64,000 nt of DNA from Octopus vulgaris (Eukaryota), in NCBI GenBank assembly GCA_951406725.2, contig OX597837.1, positions 8,680,001 through 8,744,000 on the forward strand, written 5' to 3'. The notes beneath the pieces were generated by a model. It did not search any database, was not told the origin of the DNA, and saw only the letters and a program-made list of their open reading frames with translations. Positions 1-13,537 of this stretch are shown piece by piece (position 1 is the stretch's first letter; each line of letters begins with the position of its first letter). A program made the position numbers and the translations under genes.

Positions 1-268
1 TTCATTACTTTAGACAAATTCGTTCATCACTATTTTGGCGTTGCAGTATAAATTTCGCTGATACAATTCAACAATAATATATTGTCTCACACTCACATCA
101 TCCGAGGAATTTTAGATATATAGTGGAAAAACAGACATCATAAAACAACAAAAAATCGATATAACACGAGATCATTTAGGGAAACGCAATACACACATAC
201 AAAGAAACAAACCCAAAAACTCCACACACACATACACATATTTATATATATATATATGCACATATGTA

Positions 269-324
<56 letters not shown>

Positions 325-584
325 TGTGCACATATATAAGTGTATGTATATGTATATATATAGTTATAGTAATATACATACATACACACATATATGCATA
401 CATACAAACGAACCCGTACATATTTATATTTATGTATGTATATATGTATATGTGTGTGTGTGTGTATACATATGTGTTTGTGTGTGAATACATATGTATA
501 TAAATATGCGTATGTAGATATATATATTCATATATATATATACATATACAGTTATATTTATACACACACAGTGACATAGACACA

Positions 585-659
<75 letters not shown>

Positions 660-781
660 CTGACATAACAGCTACATCTATGGAAAATCTAATTCTTCGG
701 AAAAATTATTCCGGTGTAAAAGCTACAAGTACAAAACAGTGATACATGCTATGGTCTGCTATTCTTCTTATATACACACAC

Positions 782-830
<49 letters not shown>

Positions 831-1172
831 TATATGTTTCTGTTTATGTATGTACGTATTTTAGGAAAAAGAGGTTCTCTCCGAATTCAATCAAGGAGAT
901 TGATTGCATAAAGAAAATGGCGAACCTCGCTACAGAAAGCAATAATGTTGGGCATTATATAATGGCTCATACCTATTACCTGTACGTCAATTTACATTTT
1001 ACATCTAGTACTGGGTGCCTGCCATAGCCATGAATGATAATGCATATGTATGTATGTACGTATTTATATATATCTATATATATATATATATATATATGAT
1101 TAGATATATGCATATGTGTATACATTTATATGTATGCATACATATATATATATGTATATATATATAGGTATG

Positions 1173-1216
<44 letters not shown>

Positions 1217-1266
1217 CATAAGTGTATGTGCGTGTATTAACTTACACGAGTTTATGGAGACGTACT

Positions 1267-1307
<41 letters not shown>

Positions 1308-1363
1308 CTTTTTATCTATCTATGAACCATTATTTCTTTCTATCTATCTATCTCCATATCTAT

Positions 1364-1364
<1 letters not shown>

Positions 1365-1394
<30 letters not shown>

Positions 1395-1395
1395 G

Positions 1396-1477
<82 letters not shown>
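1365..1477. repeat. (TATC)n microsatellite, representative of many (also 7441-7641, 21237-21316, 37592-37697, 42145-42450, 59722-59930)
   Basis: Directly visible tandem TATC units. Confidence 0.97.
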
Positions 1478-1478
<1 letters not shown>

Positions 1479-1552
1479 GTATGTATGTATTTATATGTAT
1501 ACGGTGTATCTATATACAAATATAACTGTACATATAATAATGGAAATATATT

Positions 1553-1588
<36 letters not shown>

Positions 1589-2465
1589 TATATATACACA
1601 CATATATATGCATATATGTATGTACGCACGCACACACACACACACAGACAGACACACATATATATATATATGTGTGTGTGTATGTATGTGTGTGTGTGTG
1701 TGTGTGTCTGTGTGTGTCTGTGTTGTATCCATATTTATTGCTGTACATACTCTTATTGTTCGCCTCGGTTATTTGATAATAACTCAAGCAAAACTCTCTC
1801 AGCCTAATACAATATACCGGTACAGACGTACTTACATCTTCCCTTCATTGCTACCAACTCTCTTTACGTCTCTGTATATTATCAGATTCTATAATAGGTC
1901 TGTTCTGATGTAGCTGTCACGCTCTTGCAATTTCCTTTAAAGACTTTACAATGATACATACAAATATATATAACATGTTTGATATGTTATGCGTGCTAAT
2001 GCACATACCCATACAACCAAACACACACAGACACACACATCTATGAAGATGAGGCTTGGAAAAACGATCATAGATGTAAGCAATACATTTACATGCGATC
2101 TGATGTTTATATTTACAGTTTGTATATACAGCTGTTTCTGATATTTAGATGAGGAACGTTTAGATCCAGTAAATATATATGTAAGTTCTGTAACTTCACA
2201 TGGACATGTGTTCCTTGTGTATATAATTTTCTGCCTGTGTATTAATCCTTCGTTGGAAACTGTTCTTTATTTGTACCAACTTCTCTCCTTCAGGAGTAGG
2301 AAAACCCGATGATGTTATTGCACATTTAGAATCCGATTTGTCCATGCAGTGAACTTGTGTCTATCTGTTGTACACTTGCAATAGTATACACATATACACA
2401 CACACATAAACACACACACACTCAAACATTAACTGTTTTGCCGTTTGAAAATCGTCATGAACACG

Positions 2466-2528
2466 CTAGATGTCGAGTTGGCAGAACAGTTGGCATCCCG
2501 GGCAAAAGAAAATTGCTTTGCCATATTT
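2466..2528 (+). mobile_element. 5' head of a tRNA-derived SINE (Meta-domain-like family), separated from its body at 2991
   Basis: gatgtcgagttggcagaacagttggcatcccgggcaaaa...tgctttgccatattt matches the head of the copy at 21319 (ggcggcgagctggcagaaacgtgagcacgccgggcgaaat). Confidence 0.65.
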
Positions 2529-2641
2529 TTAGGTACAGGCGTGGATGTGTGGTAAACAAGCTTTCTGCCCAACCATATGGTTCGGGGCTGATTCCAACAG
2601 TGTGGATTCAACACTTTGGGCAAGTATTTTCTTCTATATCC
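2529..2641 (+). mobile_element. 5' part of a CORE-type tRNA-derived SINE
   Basis: ggtacaggcgtggatgtgtggtaa...ccaaccatatggttcgggg...tttgggcaagtattttcttcta matches the heads at 19200 and 29045 (minus); CORE-like TTGGGCAAGT motif. Confidence 0.7.
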
Positions 2642-2990
2642 ACTTGAAAAGGAAGGTGTCGCTGGAGAAGAGATGCCTGTCGGAGAGTGTGTTTTAAAAA
2701 AAATGGAAGCATTTTGCACGAACGCTGTGCGTGCAAGGAACCATGTGAATAAGGCGGGAAAAAAGAACAAAAAAAGGTACCAGAGATAGATCGGGGCTTG
2801 TGGCGTCGGAGCGTGGCCTGATCATCGCTTCATTTGTATTTTTTGTATTGTTAATTTCATTCGAGTTTCTTTTTGATATTGTATTTAAATTTTTAAAGTC
2901 ACATTATATGTAAAATCATATCGCTTTACTGATACCATCAGTTGTTCTGTCCATTTCTATATTTGGCCCCCGGTGGGCAATAAAGAAATT
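2641..2990 (+). mobile_element. Tx1/L1-clade LINE 3' end (ORF2 C-terminus pseudogene plus 3' UTR)
   Basis: Translates HLKRKVSLEKRCLSESVF*KKWKHFARTLCVQGTM*, similar to HLRRKVRVERQVLSSECFKKRW at ~18050-18120; ends gtgggcAATAAAgaaatt. Confidence 0.65.
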
Positions 2991-3160
2991 GGTATTTCGT
3001 CTGTCTTTACTTTCTGAGTTCAAATTCCACGGAGATTGACTTTGCCTTTCCAGCTTTGGAGGTCGATAAATCAAGTACCAGTTGCGTACAGGGGTCGATC
3101 TAATTGACTGGCCCCTTCCCCCAAAATGTTAGGCCTTGTGCCTAGATTAGAAAAGAATGT
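2991..3160 (+). mobile_element. Body and tail of a Meta-domain-like SINE
   Basis: ggtatttcgtc...ttctgagttcaaattcc (B-box-like)...gactttgcctttc...gtcgataaatcaagtaccag...cttgtgcctagattagaaaagaat; matches 21728-21897 and 44004-44157. Confidence 0.85.
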
Positions 3161-3767
3161 TTAGTTCTTGTTTAATTTTTATCAACTCTAATAGAAGCAC
3201 TTTATGTCGATAAATTTCCATCGAGATCATCACCTCTCATTTTAAAATCGTATTCAGTGAATATATAATCAAAACTTCCTTCAAAATCGTGAACACCTCA
3301 TCTTCCTTGCATACCTATTTGTACATACTCCTGCAATATATACCACTGGCTCTTCTATACGGCCCTTGGTCTGAACAGCCACCTCGGAAACGGGTACCCA
3401 TCGCACCCGTCAGACTAATGAGGCTCGATCACTCGCTACAGGTTAACTACTCAAATACGAATTAAAGCTGACGACGAATGAACTGTATTTGATGGATGAG
3501 ATAAGAGACACTTGGGTATATCAGACGCACCCCAGTTTCAGTAATGCATATTCAGGGAAATGATTTTTGCGCATTAATGATTTTGGGAGGTCCAAATTAG
3601 AGGACCGGAGTGATTTATTTTGTAATTTTCTTGCAAAAGTAAGGGAATCTTACGAGCCATCAAATACGACGTTCCTTTGTTCCTAAGACTTCAAGATATA
3701 ATTTTAAGAACGCTAGGTAGCTATTTCTAGCCGGCCTAGAAGCAAACCTATGTTCTATATCTATTGT

Positions 3768-3981
3768 GTTTTACTTGTTTCAATCACTAGACTACGACCA
3801 TGCTGGGACAATACCTTAGTCGAACATATCATGCCAAGCGCTTCTTTAATTGAAGCCCAGTACTTATTTTATCGAGCGTTTTTCTCGAATCGCTACGTTA
3901 TGAGGACGTAACCACGACAAGTAGTGGTGTTTATAGTGGATCAAACATAGACACAAGACACACATACTCTCTCTCACATAC

Positions 3982-4012
<31 letters not shown>

Positions 4013-4182
4013 TATATATATGACAGGGTTCTTTCTGTTCCAGTCTACCAAATTCACTCACAAGTTTTTGCTCGACCCGAAGCTACAATAAAATCCACTT
4101 GCTCAAGATATCAGGCAGTGTGACCAAACCTGGAATCATGTGGTTCAGAATTAAACTCCTTACCACAGCAGGCTACGACTTG
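3768..4182 (-). mobile_element. Full-length diverged CORE-type SINE
   Basis: Matches the 28718-29047 family along its length (ttttacttgtttc...accatgctgg...gtacttattttatcg...ctaccaaattcactcacaag...ccttaccaca). Confidence 0.8.
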
Positions 4183-4756
4183 AGTGTGATGTATTTGGTA
4201 TATCGATATATCGAGCAGGACCAAGGGCCTCTTAAAGAGGGTCTCGATCGCTGACTACTCTCCACTTGCTGTTCACCTCATTAATATACTCCCGCATACG
4301 ACCACTGCATGTAAATCTACAAGTTTCATTTAGAGAGATTTAACTGCTGCTTCTAGCAGTATCAATCCACTGTTGCCTCCTTTCGGTCTTGTTGTGCATT
4401 TACAAGAACAACATTCAGTATATCCAAGCGTTATATTTAATACTGCGTCTTCCTACAAAAGGCTGATTCGGTTATTGTTTGCAGAGGATAGAGCTACGGC
4501 GAAGTCACTCCTTTGTCGTTGGCTCTGCGTCGATGTGTAGCTGTCGTAGTGGTAATAGTTACATTATGAGATCAAAGGTATTGAAATAGACTATTCCAAT
4601 ACTCATTCCAAACAGATATTTCTAATGAATCTGCCATGTTATTCTTGCTGTTATATATTTGTAATTCAGTCACAAACTGGCATTCGACGTTGTGTATATG
4701 AATACGTACTCGCTCGAGATGAACATGTATGTATGTATGTACGCATGCATTCATTC

Positions 4757-4801
<45 letters not shown>

Positions 4802-4840
4802 ATGAAAAATAAAAAATTGCAATACAAATGTTACACACAT

Positions 4841-4914
<74 letters not shown>

Positions 4915-5031
4915 TGTGGATGGATATATATACATGTAGGATTGTAGGTGTAAATTATAAATGCTTGTGTGCCTTTGTGTTTGTCTCTGTATTCATTGAT
5001 ATATAAATGTATATCAATATAGATGTGTGTG

Positions 5032-5062
<31 letters not shown>

Positions 5063-5830
5063 GTATATATATAAATATAAATATATATATGTATATGTTT
5101 ATATATATATGCATACATATATATAAACATGTGTATATATATATTTATATATATATATATACTATATATATATATGTATATATATATACATCTATATATA
5201 TAAATATAAATATATATATATTTGTATATGTTTATATATGTATGTATATATATATATATATACCTATGTGTATATATATATTTTTTTATATATATACTTT
5301 ATATATATGTATATATATACCGTATATATATATGTATATATGTATATATATGATTATATAGAGTGAGATAGATGTATAAGTGTGTGTGTGTGTGTGCACG
5401 CGCGCATGTGTGTATGCGCATATGCGTGTGTATGTATGTATATATATATATCAACAGGTGCACGAATGTAGCTATACCTAAGTACATTTATGCATACATA
5501 ATTCAACTCCCCCATCATGGGTTGCCATCCGCACTGGCAGAGGGATTCAAACACGCAAACGTAGTGGCATAAACAGACGTATAATGTATACATATACATA
5601 TACACAAACACACATACATCTATATATATGTCGTTGTTATTATTATTATTATTATTGTTATTATAATTGTTATTATTATATAATAATAATTATTATTGTA
5701 TACACACATATGTGCACGTTTACACTTATACATAGATATCCATTTGCATGTTATATATATATACATATGTGTGTCTGTGTCTGTGTATATATTATCTATA
5801 TTTATTCTCTTTCTCCCATTACACATACAC

Positions 5831-5867
<37 letters not shown>

Positions 5868-5899
5868 TACATATATACATACATATACATACATACACA

Positions 5900-5947
<48 letters not shown>

Positions 5948-7439
5948 ACATACACGTGTGCCTGTGTTTGTGTAAGTATATACCCCTACGTGCGTATTAA
6001 TAACGCGTTTCCTCTGAATAATCTATAATCGTGTGAAGCCTTTGCATGTTAGACATTTTCTAACATAATATCCCAGGTGTGTATAATAAACAATATATAA
6101 TAATCTTCAACATAATCGTGACGTATATAGCCATAAAAGCGAATTATTTATTAAGAGGCTATATTAATACTACTCATTCAAAGTTTGTTATTTTATACTT
6201 TCGTGTAAAGCTAGCAGGCGATATTTCACCGAAAAGCTTTATTATAAATGTATGTTCCACATAGGAAATTTGGAATAGATCTGTTGTTTGCCTTATGATT
6301 TGTGTTCTTCCTTCTTTGAGTAATCATATTAAACCATTGCCAGTCTATTATACTATTCCCACTCTTTCTCTTTCACCCGCCACCGTTTTCGTAGCGTCTA
6401 TTTTCGAAATGTTCTACCTTTCAATTATTCAATTATTCTGCTATTTACACGATTCCATTCTTTCCACCTTTGCCGATATTCCACGATCGTACCATTGTAC
6501 CATTGTGCCATTCTTTCATTAACCATTCCACCTCCACATCGGTTTTCTCTTCGAGAATTCCTATGCCCATACCATTGTGATCATCGTCAATGTTTTCCTC
6601 TTGTTTCATATTTGCCTACATCTTTACTTTCTCCCATCAACCAATCAACAAGTTCAGCATCTCAGAGCTCAGGTATCCCACCATTCTACTCTCCCAGCAT
6701 ATATATATACCATTCTCACACGCAAGGTCATTAATTATTACGTCCATCATTCCACTACTCTGATTATTCTCAGAATCCCAAATTCCACCGATTTACGATT
6801 TACATTTATCCTCTCGATCCCATAAGCAAGCTAATTCATTATAACCATTATTTCTGCTAACCACACCCTCTATCATTTTCCTCCATACCTATACTCCCAT
6901 AATTTCCTACCAATACTACAGTTCCTCAACGCACTCCAACACCAATCTCTTCAGTTCCTCAACGCTCTTACGACACCCATAAATCTCAGAGTTCCCACCA
7001 TTTTCACTATTTTCAATTTCCTTTCATTCATCATTCGCACAAATCTCGTAATAATCTTTAATCTTGTATTTCTTTCCCCCTTTGGAGGTTTGCCACCCAG
7101 TTCAAATATAAGAAGTATTGTACCCTGCAAAGTGTTTGTACTCAGTTTTGTTGTGGAACATAAAAAATTGCCGCTCATTGAGAAAATTCTTGATCAGCAA
7201 AGTCAACTCAGATTGCATTTTAATGGACTGATCGATGCCCTCCTAATTCCATAATACCGTTAGCACAAATCGGAACGAAGGAATTCGTGATACATCCATC
7301 AGTTCAACAGAAAACACATTACATTTTTAGCCTTCTGAGAAAAACCTCAGTGAATAACTTTCAAAGGTTCAAATACAACTCATACAAGTGTTAAGTACTT
7401 ATTACGATTTTAAAATATTTCTATTTACGCCATGCAGTT

Positions 7440-7603
<164 letters not shown>

Positions 7604-7608
7604 AATCA

Positions 7609-7679
<71 letters not shown>

Positions 7680-7682
<3 letters not shown>

Positions 7683-7872
7683 ACCTCGTGAGTACCGCTG
7701 GCGATTTTTTCCCTCTGTCTTCCCTTCTCTGGATCTTTCCTTCTCCTATGTTTCCGACGAAGAGCTCTGCTCGAAACGTTGAACCCTCTTTCTTTCCTTC
7801 TTTCCTGAGCGTCCAATAATACCTTATTTATTCCACATCCTCGCGTTGTTGTGTTTTTTGTTTTTTTGTGTT
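7680..7872 (+). mobile_element. TA-flanked non-autonomous Penelope-like repeat with a degenerate minimal hammerhead motif
   Basis: ttt-CCGACGA-a-GAGC-tct-GCTC-GAAA-CG-TT-gaa at ~7751-7783; ttcctgagcgt shared with the copies at 37397, 53598 and 63186; (TA)n on both sides. Confidence 0.55.
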
Positions 7873-7887
7873 TTCTTGTTTGGATTA

Positions 7888-7924
<37 letters not shown>

Positions 7925-8020
7925 GTCTGTCTGTATGTCTATCTATCTGTCTATCCTTCTATCTATCTATCTTTCTATCTATGTATCTATCTATCTATCG
8001 ATGGATCTATCTATCTTTTG

Positions 8021-8068
<48 letters not shown>

Positions 8069-8116
8069 ACTATCTATCTACCTATCTATCTACCTATCTA
8101 TCTATCTATCTATCTG

Positions 8117-8153
<37 letters not shown>

Positions 8154-8164
8154 GTATATCTGTA

Positions 8165-8360
8165 CCCTTGTGCTTACGTTTGTTCCCCGCACCAATCGGC
8201 CCCCAGTAAAATGGGGGCTCAGGAAAAGAGAACGATAGAATAATTACCAAACTTGCAAATGTGTTCCAGATTGGATTTATTCAACTGAAACTGTTCAAAA
8301 CGATGCTCTAGCATGGTCACAGTCCAATGACGGCAGAACGTAAAATGTTAAAAATAAAAT
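8165..8360 (+). mobile_element. Diverged 3' half of a CORE-type SINE
   Basis: aaaagagaacgatagaataa...gatgctctagcatggtcacagtccaatgac resembles the family tail. Confidence 0.6.
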
Positions 8361-9419
8361 TATATGTTGTCCGATATATATGTCATGACTTCGCTCCCTT
8401 TCACCACATATCTGGGAGGCCATTAAGGGATGCCTTGGGGCAACAACACAATAGAAGCAGTTCTGCATAAAGTCCATCGTCTCTGTAGAAGCAAGATTAA
8501 ACCGTAAGTGATGCTGCGCTACAATACGTAAACAAGTAATAATAAAAGCCATTAGATTATCGAGTTTGACCAAAAGGAAAGGGAAATTTGAATATGTGCG
8601 TTGACTCGAATTCTGTGTGATCTCTTACTCTGCATTGTATTCTCAGAAATAGTGAAGGAGTATTACGCCAGGCGATATGGGAGCTGAAGAACAGGTGAGG
8701 TAACTTCTCGGAAACGCATACATTACATGCAGGCACACTCAAATATATATTGTTTTATTTCATATTATAGTATATCAGGCTTGCTCTATATGCATATACA
8801 TATACATATAAGTCTTAGTTGTGAGTGTATATATATACATATAAATAAATATATATACATATAAATATATATATAAATATATATATACATATACATATAT
8901 ATATGTATATATATGTCAATATATATAAATAAATATATATATATATGTGCATATACATATGTATACATATTGTATATATACATACATATATACATATACA
9001 TACTATATAATACATAGATGTATACATATAGAGAGTAATACATACATAATACAAATATATATATTTTCACACACACACATACACACATATATATATATAT
9101 ATATAAATATATATACAGACGCACGTTAATATATTAAAACATAAATACATAGGAGTGTTTAAATACGTGTGTATTCTACTGCGTACGTATGAGTCTGTAT
9201 GAGAGAGAGACAGAAAGAGACAGAGGGACAGAGAGAGAAAAAGACAGACAGACAGAAACAGAGAGAGTGCTAATGTGCGGCCGTGTGTGCAACTGTGAAT
9301 GCATGGTTGCACATTTGAACGCTTTCACGGTACCTCCATTATAGAAATGAATATTCTGTTAAATTTAGCACGTTAGCCACTTTGTAATACATATATATTA
9401 CCATAAAAGCCAAGCAGCG

Positions 9420-9493
<74 letters not shown>

Positions 9494-9719
9494 GTATATA
9501 TATATGTATATATATATACTTTTGTCTATATATGTATATATATATGTATGCATATACGCAAAGAGAGAAAGAGAATGATAGAGACACTGATAAATATATG
9601 TGTGTGTGTATACATATATACTTATACGTTTGTGTATTATGTGTATACGCTCACAAACATGCACATGTATATATACATATATAGACATACAAACTTGTAC
9701 GTATATATCTATATCTATG

Positions 9720-9765
<46 letters not shown>

Positions 9766-10207
9766 GACATATATATAATATATATGTGTGAGTGTGTTTG
9801 AGTGAGTATCTAGGTGAACGTGTGTGTGAGAGTGCTGTGTGTGTGTACACAGAGATTGGTTATATCGTTAGGGAACAGGAGTGCCCAGAATATGACATGC
9901 AAATCTGAGCAATATCCGTCCGATTAATTTAGTGTGAAAACCTTCATTGTAATGCATCGCTCCAGCATAGATAACTGCTCCAGCGTAGATAATCCTATCA
10001 ATTATTGTAATTGTTTAATAAGCATGTCATGACGTCATGTGATTTCATGCAACAGATTGCAAACTTTTCAATATATTTTGATAATAATATGTATATATGC
10101 ATATAAATATCAATTTGTGCATATGTGCATACATATATATATGGATATATGTAATATGTATATATGTATATGCATACATACATGTGTCTATGTGTGTGTC
10201 TGTGTGT

Positions 10208-10660
10208 ATGTTATTATTAAGTTTATTTCAAGATTTCTTGGCAATAGAGAATGAACCGGTTTCTAAACTAGATCAAAGGCTCCCTCATTTGTATTTCAAC
10301 ATCAACAGCAAGGAATTCTTGTTTGTATATATGTATGTATGCATGTATGTCCTATGTATGTATACTTATGCATATAGTAGCATATCTACACATGCTCATA
10401 TATATTTAAATGATAAATTTCTGGAAAGTTTTACAGATTTTTACAGTTCTAGTGATGGATTGGAAATTTAGCATTCGAATTAGCTTACTCCTTTCTGGTT
10501 TTGAGAAGCCTAATTTCTCAAGATTGGTATTTAAGCAATGTGTTACATATCCCAACGCCCCACTAATTACTGGTACAAATTTGAACTTGTAATTTTGATA
10601 GAGTAACTGCAGATTTCTCAATAGTTCAGCGTACGTGATCTATTTATCACTGATCTCCAG
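10208..10660 (-). mobile_element. Dong/R4-like (RLE) non-LTR retrotransposon 3' end: C-terminal endonuclease region plus 3' UTR and TAA tail
   Basis: Minus-strand YAELLRNLQLLYQNYKFKFVPVISGALGYV...QSITRTVKICKTF fits the Y..L...P++.GALG pattern of R4/Dong C-termini; ends aataaacttaataataa. Confidence 0.75.
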
Positions 10661-11382
10661 TAAAATTAAAAACGTTTACCATCTAATTTAGTTCCTAGAC
10701 CAAGGCTTTCCTATTTGGAAATGTGTTCTAATGTGCACGATATTTTTAAGTAAATAATAATATTTAAAAATAATAAATAGTATTGGGGTAATAAGAATTA
10801 TAGAAATTATTATTACCAGTGGCCTAGCACAAAAAATAGTCAATAGACTATTATTCACATTAAAATATCGTGTACATTAGAACACATTTTGTTTTTTGTG
10901 ATAGGCCACTGGTAATAATAATTCCTATAACTCTTATTACCCTAATATTATTTATTATGATTAAATATTTTTTTCGAAATTTTTACCGGCATTCTCTCTG
11001 TCGCCGGAAATAAACTGCATCGACGCGGTTCTTTTGAAAAAGTAGGATATACAGGCAACTGGTTCACTGGCGAATCTAGTTGTGTGTATATTGACGAAAC
11101 TAGCCTCAGTGAATATTTGTTTACGGGAATGAGTTAGAAGCCATGGTCTAGGAATTAAATTAGATGGTAAACGTTTTTAATTTTCAATCCTTTCGAGAAT
11201 TTATCCATAATTAGTGGTTTGAATTACTGCTCTTTCTAGCACAAGGCTTTCCTATTTGGAAGCCACTTAATATGTTCTAATATACACGATAATTTTATGT
11301 GAATAATATATAGTCTATTGACTATTTTTTGTGCTAGGCCACTGGTAATAATTTTTATAATTCTTATTACCCTAATATTATA
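10661..11382. repeat. Rearranged repeat mosaic with nested direct and inverted copies
   Basis: 10662-10702 is inverted at 11144-11184 (41 bp, 1 mismatch); 10701-10759 recurs at 11242; 10781-10889 is the reverse complement of ~11270-11378; 10893-10950 recurs at ~11325-11380. Confidence 0.85.
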
Positions 11383-11390
11383 TATATATA

Positions 11391-11758
11391 CTAGCAGTAT
11401 CGCCCGGCGTTGCTCAGGTTTGTAAGGGAAATAACTATAAAGCATTTTTAGAGAGTTATAGCCAAAAAATAGCCAAAAAAATGGGAAAAAAATGATGGTA
11501 AATTTTTTTTGAGAGTTAAAAAAGGTGGAGTTGCGTCCCCTAGACGGTCTGTGGTTTGGGTTTCTGATTCTCGACCCCATGTCGAATTTATCGATTTTTT
11601 TCAGAACTGGGGGAACTTTTCAAAATTTTCGCTGCGTTAGTTTTGAATTATGACATTGGGCTATGTGTGTGTCAAGTTTCATCAGAATCGGTTGAAAGCC
11701 GTGGTCAGAGTGAGGGTACGAGAAAACAGACACACAGAAAACGCACAGACAAACTGCC

Positions 11759-11768
<10 letters not shown>
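11391..11768 (-). mobile_element. Non-autonomous Helitron
   Basis: Minus-strand 3' end ...cctgagc-aac-gccgggc-gatactg-CTAG|T (subterminal hairpin, CTAG, followed by T); 5' end tatatataaacggcagtttgtctgtg merges into (TA)n; no TSD. Confidence 0.75.
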
Positions 11769-11822
<54 letters not shown>

Positions 11823-12202
11823 GTATATGTGTGCACACATACACATACATTTTATCGTAGCCTCTGTGAACGTAGCAAAATTTGTTTATTCTAGACTATT
11901 GACCTCCCATTTTTTTGCTTTTATAAATGAAAAACCACACACATACACACAAACACACACACACACACGAACAAAACAAATATTAAACCTTATACTAACC
12001 ATTTTTATCGGCACTTATGGTTCACCTTGTAATGGTCTGAGAAATTCTTTACCAATATATACATGAAAAGAAAAGCAATTCTCAGTATTGATGCGATATA
12101 TCTCAAGTATATTCAATTACAAGAACAATGGAATCTTCTAGAGAAGCAAATGAAATGAAAGAATCGTTTAAGACACTGGTTAAAATTTTGATTTCACCTA
12201 TA

Positions 12203-12264
<62 letters not shown>

Positions 12265-12540
12265 GTTATTTTGTTCAGCGTTTCTTAAGAATTTTTGAAA
12301 TAATTTCTTCTTCGAACGTTCGAATTGTACGTTTAATGCCAGACATTAATTTAATAACGCCATTATACTTCAAACAGTTCATTACTAATAATTGATAATT
12401 AACCACAGTAATTGTATATACTTCTCTAATTACCTTAGATAAATATAATTACGATTATCATAATCATCGCATTCATCTGCGTCGTTGTCATCATCACTCT
12501 ATCACCTTCTTCGCCATTATTAGTATTTAAACCACCACTA

Positions 12541-13039
12541 TCATCATCATCATCATCATCTTCTTCTTTTGACACCTACTCTCTCCAAAATCTGCAACAA
12601 CAACACAACCATCATGAAAACAACCATTACCAGGGACTTCGATGTCCCTATCATCGTCTTTGTGTTTCTGCGTTGTCGTCATGATGATGATGATGACGAT
12701 GATGATGATGACGATGATGATGATGACGATAATGATGACGATGATGATGATGACGATGATGATGATGATTGATAATGAGGTTGATGAAGATGATGATGAT
12801 GATGATGTTGATTATTATCATCATCTTCATCGTCATCGTCTTCATCAGCATCACCATCATCATTTTCAACATCATCACTACCACTATCTCCATCAGTTTT
12901 GTTGTTGTTGCTGTTGTTCCTCCTCGTCCTCCTCCTCGTCCTCCTACTTCTCCTCTTCTTCTTCTTCTTCTTCTTCTTCTTCTTCTTCTTCTTTTTTTTA
13001 TTATTATTGTGATTATTATTATTATTATTATTATTATTA

Positions 13040-13094
<55 letters not shown>

Positions 13095-13130
13095 CATTAT
13101 TAATGGTAACAATGGCAACAATTATAATAA
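12541..13130. repeat. Compound trinucleotide microsatellite (CAT/GAT/GTT/CCT/CTT/ATT)
   Basis: Directly visible successive arrays. Confidence 0.95.
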
Positions 13131-13487
13131 TATACGTCACTGTTATCATTAGTGTGTATTTTTAAAAATAATATTTATAACTTTTATTGATATTTTAAAC
13201 AACATAATCATCATCATCATCTCTGTCATATATATAATTTATTTTATATAATTTTAAAAGTCATAATAATTATAACAAAACAACAATAACAGAAAAAATA
13301 AGTGGTCTTCTTCTTCTTCTTCTTCTTCTTCTCCTTCTTCTCCTTCACCATCTCCTCCTCCTTCATCTCCCACTCCTCCCCTTCTTCATCTCCTATCCAT
13401 CTCCCTCATCTTCCCCATCCTCCTGCTTTTCCTCTTTCTTCTTCTTCTCTTTAAATCCTCTTCCTTCTTCTCATTATTGTTATCTTC

Positions 13488-13535
<48 letters not shown>

Positions 13536-13537
<2 letters not shown>

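Noticed and set aside
9871-9907. Possible third exon (R)EQECPEYDMQI* for the 8430 mini-ORF
   Set aside because: Phase fits, but the acceptor has no polypyrimidine tract; too weak to support
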